Source of the DNA: Acidobacteriota bacterium
GTDB lineage: Bacteria; Acidobacteriota; Thermoanaerobaculia; Multivoradales; J023
Reading direction: 5' to 3'
Assembly: GCA_039027015.1 (NCBI GenBank)
Contig: JBCCLG010000002.1
Location: 1-40,859 of the forward strand
DNA: 40,859 bases
Shown here: positions 21,104-30,097 of the stretch, piece by piece
Layout of the letters: each line of letters begins with the position of its first letter
Position numbering within the stretch: position 1 is the first letter of the stretch
The notes under the pieces: generated by a model
The model's input: the letters and a program-made list of their open reading frames with translations, nothing else
Database searches by the model: none
Told to the model about the DNA's origin: nothing
Program-made: the position numbers and the translations under genes

Positions 21104-23029
21104 ATGCCCCCCTTCGATGCCCTGCCTCCTGGCCCGTGGCTTCTCCTCCTCTTGGGGAGCCTGGTGCCGCTGGCGCTCGGCCCGCTCTTGGCGACCTGGG
21201 CGGATCGCTCAGGCACCGCCAAAGCCGCCGTCGACGCCTTCATCGCGGTTTCGATCACGGGCATCGTGGCTCTCCACATCTGGCCCCATGCTTTTCTCGT
21301 GGCGGGCGCCTGGAGCCTGCTGGGCGGGCTGATCGGCCTGCTCCTTCCCTTTCTTCTCCACGGCGCGCTTCACGCCCACGAGCGCCGCTTCTACCCGCTT
21401 CTGATGGGCCTGGCTCTGCTCGGCCTCGCCCTCCACGCGACCCTCGACGGCATCGCGCTCTTCGCCCCGCTGCTCGACAGCGAGGCAGCCCAGGAAGAGA
21501 TCTATACGGTGCACGGAAAGAGCCAGGCGGCGCACGCGCTCGAGGAAAAGCCGGCTGAGCTTGAGGCGGCGCACGAAGAAAGCGCACATCAACACGCGGC
21601 GAGCGAGCACCGGACCGTTCACGCCCACGGGGAGAGCGATGCAGCACACCCGATGAGCGAGGCGGAGCACGAGCACCCGGAGGCGGGGCATGCGGAGGCG
21701 GCGCACGCGGCGCATGGGGAGGTAGCGCACGAGGAGCACGCGCACGCGGGGGACCCCGAAGCCTGCGAGGCTTCAGCCGCTGCTGGCGGTCACCACCATC
21801 ATCACGATGGAATGAACGCGTCGCTTCTGGCCGGAGCGGTTCTCCTGCATCGCCTGCCCATGGGTCTCGCGATCTGGTGGCTGACCGTGCCCATTCTCGG
21901 CAGGCGCGTCGCCATTTCGGTACTGGCCCTCATCGCCGCCGGCACCCTGGCGGGCTTTGCGCTGGGCGGCGCGCTGCTGCCGGGGCTCTCGGCGCCTGCT
22001 TTCTCCTTCTTCGAGGCGACCATCGCCGGCATGCTGATGCACGTGGTGGCGGGTCACGACCACCGTCATCATCACGGCGCCCCGCGCCCGCAGCCCACCT
22101 GGGCCGCGGCCGCGGGCGCGCGGATGGCGCTGGCGCGGGTCGGCTTCCGCGACCGGATCCACCCGGCGGAGCATCGCTTCGCGGGCGGTCTGGACTTCCA
22201 GCAGACCCTCACCGCCCTGGCCCTGAGCGTCGGGCCCTGGCTGATTCTCGCCATTGCGGTCCAGTGCGCGTGGCAGCTGACGGCCGCGCCGCGCTTCGCC
22301 ACAGGCCCCCTCGCGCCGGATCTCGTGGCCGGCGGCGTGATCTCCCTGGCTCTTTTGGGCGTGGGCTGGACGCTGCTGGGCGCGATCGCCGCGCTGCTGG
22401 TGGCGGCGTGCTGCCGCAGGCGACGTCCGCGCGACTCGATGGGCGAGGAGAGCTCGGCCGCGCCCGCAGCCCGGCGCATCACCCTCGTCTCTCTGGTGTG
22501 GGCGGGTCTGGCCATCGGCCTCGTGGCGCTGCTCGAGTCGCTGGTGCGTCTCCCGTGGCTGCAGACGGCCGAACCGACCTGGAGCGAGCCGGGATCGTGG
22601 CTCGCCGTGGCCGCGGCGGCGCTCGCGGGTCTGGTCCTGTGCCGACACCCGATTTTCGCGGTCATCCTCGGCTTCTACTGGCTGACCTCCGGCTACGCCC
22701 CGGCCCTCGTCGCCACTTTTTTCCTGGCCGGCGTTCTAGGGGCCCTCTGGCGCCAGCGCCGGACGCTGGAGTTTTCGACGCCGCGGGCTGCGGGAGCCGC
22801 GGTGGCGGGGGGCGGCGCGCTTCTCCTGCTCGCCGCGCGGCTCGGGGGACCCGAGCAGGACGCGCTTCTCGCCGCGGGCTCGGGCGCGCCGTGGCAGATC
22901 GCGGCGCTCTACGTTCTTGGCGCCGCGGCCCTGGGACTTTTATTTCTCCTCGGTTTCCGCGGCTTCCTCAGCCCGGTGCTCGAACCGGCCGAGGACTACT
23001 GCCACTCCCACGCCCACCACCACGGATAA
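21104..23029 (+). CDS. Histidine-rich ZIP-like metal permease fused to an additional C-terminal multi-TM domain
   Basis: ORF track, 641 aa. LHATLDGIAL (ZIP TM4-like H-x3-DG) and LLHRLPMGLAIW (TM5-like H-x-x-P-x-G) flank an acidic, His-rich loop of about 100 aa (...AHEESAHQHAASEHRTVHAHGE...GGHHHHHDG). HDHRHHHG and a C-terminal CHSHAHHHG are also present. Confidence 0.7.
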   Translation: MPPFDALPPGPWLLLLLGSLVPLALGPLLATWADRSGTAKAAVDAFIAVSITGIVALHIWPHAFLVAGAWSLLGGLIGLLLPFLLHGALHAHERRFYPLLMGLALLGLALHATLDGIALFAPLLDSEAAQEEIYTVHGKSQAAHALEEKPAELEAAHEESAHQHAASEHRTVHAHGESDAAHPMSEAEHEHPEAGHAEAAHAAHGEVAHEEHAHAGDPEACEASAAAGGHHHHHDGMNASLLAGAVLLHRLPMGLAIWWLTVPILGRRVAISVLALIAAGTLAGFALGGALLPGLSAPAFSFFEATIAGMLMHVVAGHDHRHHHGAPRPQPTWAAAAGARMALARVGFRDRIHPAEHRFAGGLDFQQTLTALALSVGPWLILAIAVQCAWQLTAAPRFATGPLAPDLVAGGVISLALLGVGWTLLGAIAALLVAACCRRRRPRDSMGEESSAAPAARRITLVSLVWAGLAIGLVALLESLVRLPWLQTAEPTWSEPGSWLAVAAAALAGLVLCRHPIFAVILGFYWLTSGYAPALVATFFLAGVLGALWRQRRTLEFSTPRAAGAAVAGGGALLLLAARLGGPEQDALLAAGSGAPWQIAALYVLGAAALGLLFLLGFRGFLSPVLEPAEDYCHSHAHHHG

Positions 23030-23084
23030 TCGACCGACGCTGGGGTGAGGGGATGCGAAAGAAACTAAAAGCACACGAGAAAAG

Positions 23085-23104
23085 ACCCGGCGTTGCCGCC
23101 GGGT
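23085..23104. terminator. Perfect 8-bp GC-rich hairpin, probable bidirectional terminator
   Basis: ACCCGGCG-ttgc-CGCCGGGT. On the minus strand it is followed by CTTTTCTCGTGTGCTTTTAGTTTC. On the plus strand it lies 56 nt after the permease stop and is preceded by an A-rich run. Confidence 0.5.
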
Positions 23105-23308
23105 GTACTCGAGGTTCGCTCCGGTCTTGTTACTGAGCGGCTTGGCCGCTTAATAACAGTTGTGTTGCGCTCGAGCGACCGGTTTGTCGCGTCCGGTACG
23201 CCCTCCCGCAACATCAATAGGGTAGCGACCCCACCTTGCGGGCCGCATTACGGAAAAAAGGCTTATTGAACGGGCGGTCGATAACGTTGACCAGGCCCGA
23301 CGGCTTCT

Positions 23309-24016
23309 CTACTCCTCCAGATCGCCCAGCCGAACGCGCAGGGCGTGGGGCTCTTGAACCAGCGACGAGATCTGCTCCTCGAGGGCCGCAACGCTCGCCT
23401 CCACGACCTCGAGACGCTCGACGGCGGAGGGTCCGCGCGGCGCCGAGGGCGCGCGGGCGACGGCGGCTTCTTCCTCCTGAGCGGCCGCGGCGGCGTGCTC
23501 GGCCGCCGCGTCCTCGGTGCCGACCAGGTGCGCCCAGCGATTCTCCCGCTGCCCGGCCCTGCGCGGCAGCTCCATCACCAGCGAGTCTTCATCGCCCGCG
23601 GCCAGGTCCCGAAGGGTGGCCTCGACCTCGGCCACGGATTCGAAGCGGTGCATGCGCTCCGATCGCGTCTTCAGCTCGCCGGGCGTTTGCGGGCCCCGCA
23701 GCACGAGCAGGGTCATCACCGCTTTGCGCGCCTCGTCGAGATGCCAGCGTCTGTCGAGCCGATGCTCCCAGCGCTCGGCCCGCGCCCCCTCGGAGCGCCA
23801 GGTGAGGACGTCGAGGCGCAGCCGGTCGAGGGCTTCGACCACCTCGGTCTCGGTCAGCTGGGTAACCGGATCGCGGTTGGTTTTCTGGTTGCACGCGGAG
23901 ATTGCCGCGTTGATGGTCAGCGGGTAATGGTCGGGGGTGGTCTGCTCTTTCTCGAGCAGCGCGCCGAGCACGCGCAGTTCGTAGAAGTCTAGGGGGCGGG
24001 TTCTGGGCATGGGCAC
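23309..24016 (-). CDS. yceH: YceH-family protein (DUF480)
   Basis: LDFYELRVLGALLEKEQTTPDHYPLTINAAISACNQKTNRDPV is the characteristic YceH N-terminus. Confidence 0.85.
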   Translation of the reverse strand: MPMPRTRPLDFYELRVLGALLEKEQTTPDHYPLTINAAISACNQKTNRDPVTQLTETEVVEALDRLRLDVLTWRSEGARAERWEHRLDRRWHLDEARKAVMTLLVLRGPQTPGELKTRSERMHRFESVAEVEATLRDLAAGDEDSLVMELPRRAGQRENRWAHLVGTEDAAAEHAAAAAQEEEAAVARAPSAPRGPSAVERLEVVEASVAALEEQISSLVQEPHALRVRLGDLEE

Positions 24017-24171
24017 TCCTTGACGAGGACTCGAGCCGGCGCAACCGCCGACTCAAGAAATCGTACAATGACCTTCCCCGTGCATCGCGACCCCGCGTCA
24101 GATTTTCCGGGTCGTGCTCTGCCTCACAGTCCAAACCTCGACCGGCCTTCGATGGGCGACGGAGAGATCGC

Positions 24172-25836
24172 ATGCGAAGAATCTCGTTTTCACTGCCGGC
24201 GCGCTGGCTCGCGGCCTACGCCCTGCTTGCGGCCGCGGCGGCGAGCGCCGACGATCTGCGCCGCGAGCCCGCGGTGCACGCGCTGGTGGGCGCGCGCATC
24301 GTCCAGGCCCCGGGCCAGGTGCTCGACTCGGGCACCCTGATCATCCGCGATGGCCTGATCGAGGCCGTGGGCGCCGAGATTGAGCCGCCGGCCGACGCCC
24401 GCATCTGGCAGTCGGACGACCTGACCCTCTACCCGGGATTGATCGAGAGCTTCCACCTGCGCGACTGGCCGGAGAAAGACGGCGCGCCCAAGGCCCAGGC
24501 GGGCCACGCCAACGGCCTGGTGCGGCCCGAGCGCGACATGCTGCTGCACGCCTACGATGAGGCGGCCTTCAAGAAGCTCCGCGAAGCCGGCTTCACCACC
24601 GCCGTGCTGGTGCCCAAGGCCGGCCTCTTTCGCGGCGCGAGCGTGCTGATGAATCTCGGCGACGGGCCGGTGCAGGGCTCCGTTCTGGCGCGACAGGTCG
24701 CGCAGAACGCCAAGCTCCAGGTTTTCCAGGACTTCAGCGAAGGCTACCCCGCCTCCACCATGGGCGCGGTCGCCCTCTTCCGCCAAACCCTGCTGGACGC
24801 CCGGTGGCACCGCGAGGCCCAGGCGGTCTTCGCCAAGAATCCTCGCCAGCCGAGACCCCGCTTCTCCACCGCCCTCGACGCGCTCGAGGCGGCGGTCACG
24901 GGCGAGCAGCCGATGGTGCTCGAGAGTAGCGACCTGCACGACACCCTGCGCCTCGCTGGCCTGGCCCGGGAGTTTGGCCTCAACGCGGTGCTGGTCGGTA
25001 CGGGCGACGAGTACCGCAGACTGGAGGAGATCGCGCGCGCCGGGCTGCCGATGATCGTGCCGATCGATTTCCCCAAGGCGCCCAAGGTTCCCGAGGAGGA
25101 CGACCTGAGCGTCAGCCTCGAAGCGCTGCGGCGCTGGGACCGCGCCCCCGACAACCCCCGTCTGCTGGCGGAGGCGGGGGTCGATTTCGTGCTCTCGAGC
25201 CACGATCTCTCGGACGCGAAGAAGATCCACGCCATGGCCGCCAAGGCCGTGGAGCGCGGCTACTCGGCCGACGAGGTGCTGGCCGCGTTCACCACGCGGC
25301 CAGCCGAGCGGCTCGGCCTTTCGGACCGTGCGGGCACCCTGGAGGCCGGCAAGATGGCCAACGTGATCGTGGCGGATGGCGACCTCTTTCGCGACGACAC
25401 CGCGATCCGCAGCCTGTTCATCGACGGTCGGCGCTTTGAGATCCGGGAGGTCGAGGCGCCCACCATCGACCCGATCGGTACCTGGGAGGTAGTCGCCGAG
25501 GCTCCGGACGGCTCGCAGACCGTGACCCTGGTGCTCACCGGCACCGTCGACAATCTCTCGGGCAGTGTCGGCACGCCCCTGGGCTCCCTGCCCCTCGACG
25601 AGGCCTATGTCTCCGGCAACACCGTGGAGGTGAGCTTCAACGCCACGGTGCTCGGCCTTGGCACGGTCACGATGTCTATGACGGTGGACGGCGAGAGCGC
25701 CACGGGCTCCGGCACAACCGCCGACGGCCCCTTCGAGGTCACCGCCGAGCGCGTCGCCCAGAGCGAGACGCCCGAGCTTCAGAATACGGACTCCCAAACG
25801 CGCGCCGGCGAGAGCGGCGCGGAGGTGAAGCGATGA
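24172..25836 (+). CDS. Secreted amidohydrolase-superfamily paralog 1 with a degenerate metal motif and an extra C-terminal beta domain
   Basis: Signal peptide (LAAYALLAAAAASADD), with GGAGAG upstream. YPGLIESFHLRD occupies the PGLIDxHxH position. The C-terminal roughly 100 aa is a Gly/Thr/Val-rich beta domain. Confidence 0.85.
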   Translation: MRRISFSLPARWLAAYALLAAAAASADDLRREPAVHALVGARIVQAPGQVLDSGTLIIRDGLIEAVGAEIEPPADARIWQSDDLTLYPGLIESFHLRDWPEKDGAPKAQAGHANGLVRPERDMLLHAYDEAAFKKLREAGFTTAVLVPKAGLFRGASVLMNLGDGPVQGSVLARQVAQNAKLQVFQDFSEGYPASTMGAVALFRQTLLDARWHREAQAVFAKNPRQPRPRFSTALDALEAAVTGEQPMVLESSDLHDTLRLAGLAREFGLNAVLVGTGDEYRRLEEIARAGLPMIVPIDFPKAPKVPEEDDLSVSLEALRRWDRAPDNPRLLAEAGVDFVLSSHDLSDAKKIHAMAAKAVERGYSADEVLAAFTTRPAERLGLSDRAGTLEAGKMANVIVADGDLFRDDTAIRSLFIDGRRFEIREVEAPTIDPIGTWEVVAEAPDGSQTVTLVLTGTVDNLSGSVGTPLGSLPLDEAYVSGNTVEVSFNATVLGLGTVTMSMTVDGESATGSGTTADGPFEVTAERVAQSETPELQNTDSQTRAGESGAEVKR

Positions 25837-27416
25837 GCAGTCAGACGACCCTCGACGCCGCGGGCGCGCGCCGCGGTCCGCTGGCCCTCTGCCTGGCCGG
25901 CGTTCTGGCGCTCGCGGCGCCGGCCCTTCTTTTTGCCCGCGCGGGAAACGACCACGGTCATGACCACGCCGAGCACGCCGACCACGCCGACCACGCCGCC
26001 GAGGTTTCCGCGGCCACGATCCTCGAGCCGGCGGCCTTCGAGCCCTCGGCCTGGCACGCCGCCCAGCCCGAGCAGCCGGCGGCGATTCTGGTGCGCGGCG
26101 GCACGATCTGGACCAGCGGTCCCGACGGCGTTCTCGAAAACGCTGACCTGCTGATTCGCTCCGGCAAGGTGGCGGCGGTGGGCGCGGGGCTCGACGCGCC
26201 CGAGGGAGCCGTGATCATCGAGGCTCAAGGCAAGCACGTCACCCCGGGCCTGATCGACGCCCACAGCCACAGCGCGATCGTCGGCGGCGTCAACGAAGGC
26301 TCCAATATCGTGACCTCCGAGGTGCGCATCGCGGACGTGGTCTACGCCGAGGATATCGGCCTCTATCGGCAGCTCGCCGGCGGCCTGACGACCGCTAACC
26401 TGCTGCACGGCTCGGCCAACTCGATCGGCGGTCAGAACGCCATCATCAAGCTGCGCTGGGGCGCCAGCGCCGACGGGCTGCTCTTCCGCAGGGCGCCCCA
26501 GGGCATCAAATTCGCGCTCGGCGAAAACCCCAAGCAGAGCAATTGGGGGGTCAGCGAGCTGCGCTACCCGCAGACCCGTCAGGGCGTCGAGCAGTCGATC
26601 CGCGACGCCTTCAGGGCGGCCCTCGACTATCGCGCGCGCCAGGAGGCCTACGAGGAGGCCGGCGGCGCCCGCAGCGGCCTCGTGCCGCCGCGGCCCGATC
26701 TGCAGCTCGAGGCCCTGCTCGAGATCATCGACGGCACCCGCCTGGTGCATTCCCACTCCTACCGCGCCGACGAGATCGTGATGCTGCTCGAAGTCGCCAA
26801 AGACTTCGGCTTCACGGTCGCGACTTTCCAGCACGTGCTCGAAGGCTACAAAGTGGCCGACGAGCTGGCCGCGGCGGGCGCCGGGGCCTCCACCTTCAGC
26901 GACTGGTGGGCGTTCAAATACGAGGTGGTCGACGCCATCCCGTGGAACGGCGCCATTATGGAGAATCGCGGGGTCCTCACCTCCTTCAACTCCGATAGCG
27001 GCGAGCTGGCCCGACGCATGAACCTCGAGGCCGCCAAGGCGGTGCGCTACGGCGGCGTGGAGCCGGCGGAGGCGCTGAAATTCGTCACCCTCAACCCCGC
27101 TATTCAGCTGGGCATCGATCGCTGGGTGGGCTCGCTCGAGGAGGGCAAGGACGCCGACTTCGTGGTGTGGAGCGGACCGCCGCTCTCGACCTACAGCGTC
27201 GCCGAGGTGACCTATCTCGACGGGCGCAAATACTTCGATCGCGCCGCCGACCTCGAGGCGCGGGAGCGGGTTGCCGAGGAGCGGCGCCTTTTGATGGACA
27301 AGGTTCGCGCGGCTGAAGGCTCGGGCGACGCCGGCGAGGAGCCTGACCCAGAACCCGAGCTGAGCGACCACAACCACGCCCACGACGTGCACCCTCACCA
27401 GGAGGTTTACCGATGA
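25833..27416 (+). CDS. Secreted amidohydrolase (canonical HxH)
   Basis: ATGA overlap with the upstream gene and a GGAGGTGA SD. TPGLIDAHSHSAIVGG, plus FNSDS (the beta-8 Asp region). Signal peptide and an N-terminal His/Asp-rich stretch. Confidence 0.9.
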   Translation: MSSQTTLDAAGARRGPLALCLAGVLALAAPALLFARAGNDHGHDHAEHADHADHAAEVSAATILEPAAFEPSAWHAAQPEQPAAILVRGGTIWTSGPDGVLENADLLIRSGKVAAVGAGLDAPEGAVIIEAQGKHVTPGLIDAHSHSAIVGGVNEGSNIVTSEVRIADVVYAEDIGLYRQLAGGLTTANLLHGSANSIGGQNAIIKLRWGASADGLLFRRAPQGIKFALGENPKQSNWGVSELRYPQTRQGVEQSIRDAFRAALDYRARQEAYEEAGGARSGLVPPRPDLQLEALLEIIDGTRLVHSHSYRADEIVMLLEVAKDFGFTVATFQHVLEGYKVADELAAAGAGASTFSDWWAFKYEVVDAIPWNGAIMENRGVLTSFNSDSGELARRMNLEAAKAVRYGGVEPAEALKFVTLNPAIQLGIDRWVGSLEEGKDADFVVWSGPPLSTYSVAEVTYLDGRKYFDRAADLEARERVAEERRLLMDKVRAAEGSGDAGEEPDPEPELSDHNHAHDVHPHQEVYR

Positions 27417-28723
27417 GCCCCCGTTCACGACGCCTCGTCTGCCGCGCGCTGGCTGCCCTTCTGCTCGCCGCCCTCTTCTCCCCCCAGGCCTGGGCGCAGG
27501 CCGACGGCGGCGAGGTGCTGGCGCTCACCGGCGCCACGGTGCACCCGGTGAGCGGACCGCCCCTGCCCGGGGCCACCGTGCTGGTGCAGGGCGGCCTGAT
27601 CACCGCCCTCGGCACCGGCGTTGCGGTGCCGCGCGGCGCCCGGGTGGTGGAACTTGAGGGACGTCACCTCTACCCGGGTTTCGTACAGTCGATCTCCACC
27701 CTCGGCCTGGTCGAGGTCTCGAGCGTGCGCGGCACCCGCGACATCAACGAGATCGGCGAGAGCAACTCCGACCTGCGAGCCGAGGTGGCGTTCAACGCCG
27801 ATTCCTTCAGGCTCACGCCGGCCATGCGCGGCGGCGTGCTCACGGCCCACGTGCACCAGCTGAGCGGGCTTTTCTCAGGCACCACGGCGATCATGCGCCT
27901 CGACGGCTGGAACTGGCGCGACATGACCCTGGAGGCGCCCGCCGGCATGGTTCTCGTCTTTCCGCGCGTTCGCCAGTCCAGCGACGACGAAGAGGACGAG
28001 AACCAGGGCAAGGAGCTTGCGGCCCTCAACGATTTGATGGACCGCGCGGCCGCCTACACCAAGGCGCGCGACGCGGACTCCCCCGGGCTCGGCCGCAACG
28101 CCAAGCTTGAGGCCTTGGCTCCCGTGCTCGACGGCACGCGGAGGCTCTACGTGCTGGCCTTCGGCCGGGCGACCCTCGACGCTGCCCTCGACTGGATCGA
28201 GAGTCAAGAACTCGAAAACGTGGTTCTGGTGGTCAACTACGAGGCGCGATATTTCGCGCAGCGCCTGGCGGACGCGGGACTGCCGGTGATTCTCAACAGC
28301 GTGCTCGCCCAGCCCTCGCGCAGCTTCGAGCCCTATGACGCGGCCTACACCGCCGCCGCCGCGCTGCATGAAGCCGGGGTCGAGATGGCGATCAACGGCA
28401 ACGGCGACGCCTTCGGCTCGGCCAACGCCCGCAATCTGCCCTTCCACGCCGCCATGGCGGCCGCCCACGGCCTGCCCAAGGACGTGGCCCTCGAGAGCGT
28501 CACCCTGGCGCCGGCGCGCATTCTGGGCATCGCCGATCGAGTCGGCTCGATCGAGGCGGGCAAGGAGGCGACCTTCTTCGTGTCCGATGGCGACCCCCTC
28601 GAGATCGTGACGGCCATCGAGCGGGTGTGGATCGCGGGACGCGAGGTCGACCTCGAGGACGATCACCAGTACCGCCTCTACCAGAAATACTGGAATCGTC
28701 CTCGCCCGGACGCTGGCGAGTAG
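27413..28723 (+). CDS. Secreted amidohydrolase-superfamily paralog 3 lacking HxH
   Basis: ATGA overlap and an AGGAGG SD. Signal peptide (LAALLLAALFSPQAWA). YPGFVQSISTLGL occupies the HxH position. Confidence 0.85.
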   Translation: MSPRSRRLVCRALAALLLAALFSPQAWAQADGGEVLALTGATVHPVSGPPLPGATVLVQGGLITALGTGVAVPRGARVVELEGRHLYPGFVQSISTLGLVEVSSVRGTRDINEIGESNSDLRAEVAFNADSFRLTPAMRGGVLTAHVHQLSGLFSGTTAIMRLDGWNWRDMTLEAPAGMVLVFPRVRQSSDDEEDENQGKELAALNDLMDRAAAYTKARDADSPGLGRNAKLEALAPVLDGTRRLYVLAFGRATLDAALDWIESQELENVVLVVNYEARYFAQRLADAGLPVILNSVLAQPSRSFEPYDAAYTAAAALHEAGVEMAINGNGDAFGSANARNLPFHAAMAAAHGLPKDVALESVTLAPARILGIADRVGSIEAGKEATFFVSDGDPLEIVTAIERVWIAGREVDLEDDHQYRLYQKYWNRPRPDAGE

Positions 28724-28744
28724 AGAAGCCGCGAGCTAGGCGCC

Positions 28745-30022
28745 ATGGTCATGGATACCAACACTCCTCTCCGCGGCTCGGCGTTCTCCGCCCTCTTGGC
28801 CGCCCTCGTTCTGCTGCTCGGCCCAGCTCCCGCCTGGGCCGGCGAAGGCGAACCGCGAGGAGAAAGCCAGGCGGTGAACTTCTCGGCGGCTCTCGCCGGG
28901 CTGATGTTCGATCCGGCCACGGCGGACGGCAACGGCGGCCCGGGAGGAGCGCCCAACGGCCTGCTCGACGCGGCGGAGATGGCCCTGGTGGCGGCGGCTC
29001 TTGAGGGCGGCAACCCCCGGGCAGCGGCCGCGTGGGAGCAGGCGCTGGGCTCGGCAACCCGCGATCTCGAGGCGCTGGCCGCCTCCTTCCCCACCGCCCC
29101 GGTGGCGGTGGCCGGCTACGCCATGATCGGCACGCCGCAGTCTCTCGAGTCGATCGGGGCCATGACCGCCAACTTCGGCGCCCCCCTCGAGGGCGACTAT
29201 TCCCTGGCGAGCGCCCTCGGCGACCTCTTCGGCCCCGAAGGAGACGCCGACGGCGACGGCAGCACCAACCGCCGGGAATACCGCGCCGCTCGCGCCGCGG
29301 CGGGCCGGGATTTCGCCTCGGGGGCGTGGATCGCCGACTACGCCGCCGCCGCCCTCGACGCGGACCGGCGCCCGGCACCGGGCGAGATCGCCGTCGACGA
29401 CGCGGAGAAGCCGGCCCGCCTGACCCTGGGCGTCGTCCTCTACCCGGGCTTCGAGGTGCTCGACGTCTACGGCCCGCTCGAGATGTGGGGGTACGTTCCC
29501 GAATTCAGGATCGTGACCGTCGCCGAGCGGGCCGGCCCCGTGGCCTCATCTCACGGCGTTGAGACCGTGGCCGAGCACTCGTTCGAAAACTCTCCCGATC
29601 TCGACCTCTTGATGGTGCCCGGAGGCGCCGGCACCTTCGTCTCCCTGCGAAGCGAGCCGATGCTCGACTACCTGCGGCGCGCCCACGCCTCCGCGCAGGT
29701 CACCACCTCGGTCTGCACCGGCGCCATGCTCCTCGCCGCCGCCGGCATCCTCGACGGCCGCCCGGCGACCTCGAATAAGCTTCACTTCCAGAAGGCGCGC
29801 GAGGTCAGCGACCGGGTGCGCTGGATCGAGAAAGCGCGCTGGGTTGACGACGGCGACGTGATCACCTCCTCAGGAGTTTCCGCGGGCATCGATATGGCGC
29901 TGCACCTAGTCGCTCGGCTCTACGGCCGCGAGCGGGCCGAGCAGCTGGCCCAATGGACCGAATACACCTGGAATAGCGACCCTTCAAACGACCCCTTCGT
30001 CTCCTCGATCGGCGCCCACTAG
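28745..30022 (+). CDS. Secreted DJ-1/PfpI-family protein with an N-terminal extension of about 200 aa
   Basis: Signal peptide (ALLAALVLLLGPAPAWA). DJ-1 core: LGVVLYPGFEVLDVYGP, nucleophile elbow SVCTGAMLLAAAG, and SSGVSAGIDMAL. It starts 21 nt after paralog 3. Confidence 0.85.
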   Translation: MVMDTNTPLRGSAFSALLAALVLLLGPAPAWAGEGEPRGESQAVNFSAALAGLMFDPATADGNGGPGGAPNGLLDAAEMALVAAALEGGNPRAAAAWEQALGSATRDLEALAASFPTAPVAVAGYAMIGTPQSLESIGAMTANFGAPLEGDYSLASALGDLFGPEGDADGDGSTNRREYRAARAAAGRDFASGAWIADYAAAALDADRRPAPGEIAVDDAEKPARLTLGVVLYPGFEVLDVYGPLEMWGYVPEFRIVTVAERAGPVASSHGVETVAEHSFENSPDLDLLMVPGGAGTFVSLRSEPMLDYLRRAHASAQVTTSVCTGAMLLAAAGILDGRPATSNKLHFQKAREVSDRVRWIEKARWVDDGDVITSSGVSAGIDMALHLVARLYGRERAEQLAQWTEYTWNSDPSNDPFVSSIGAH

Positions 30023-30097
30023 CCTCTGTCGGGCACGCTTTCTCCTCTATCCGCTCGGCCGTCTATCGCTGTGCTGCCGGCCTTCCGCGGTCAGAGA

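Noticed and set aside
21490-21800. The His-rich loop coding region might have been a DNA tandem repeat or an assembly artefact.
   Set aside because: The nucleotide sequence shows compositional bias (cac/gcg/gag codons) but no regular repeat period. It is better treated as a low-complexity protein region within one continuous ORF.
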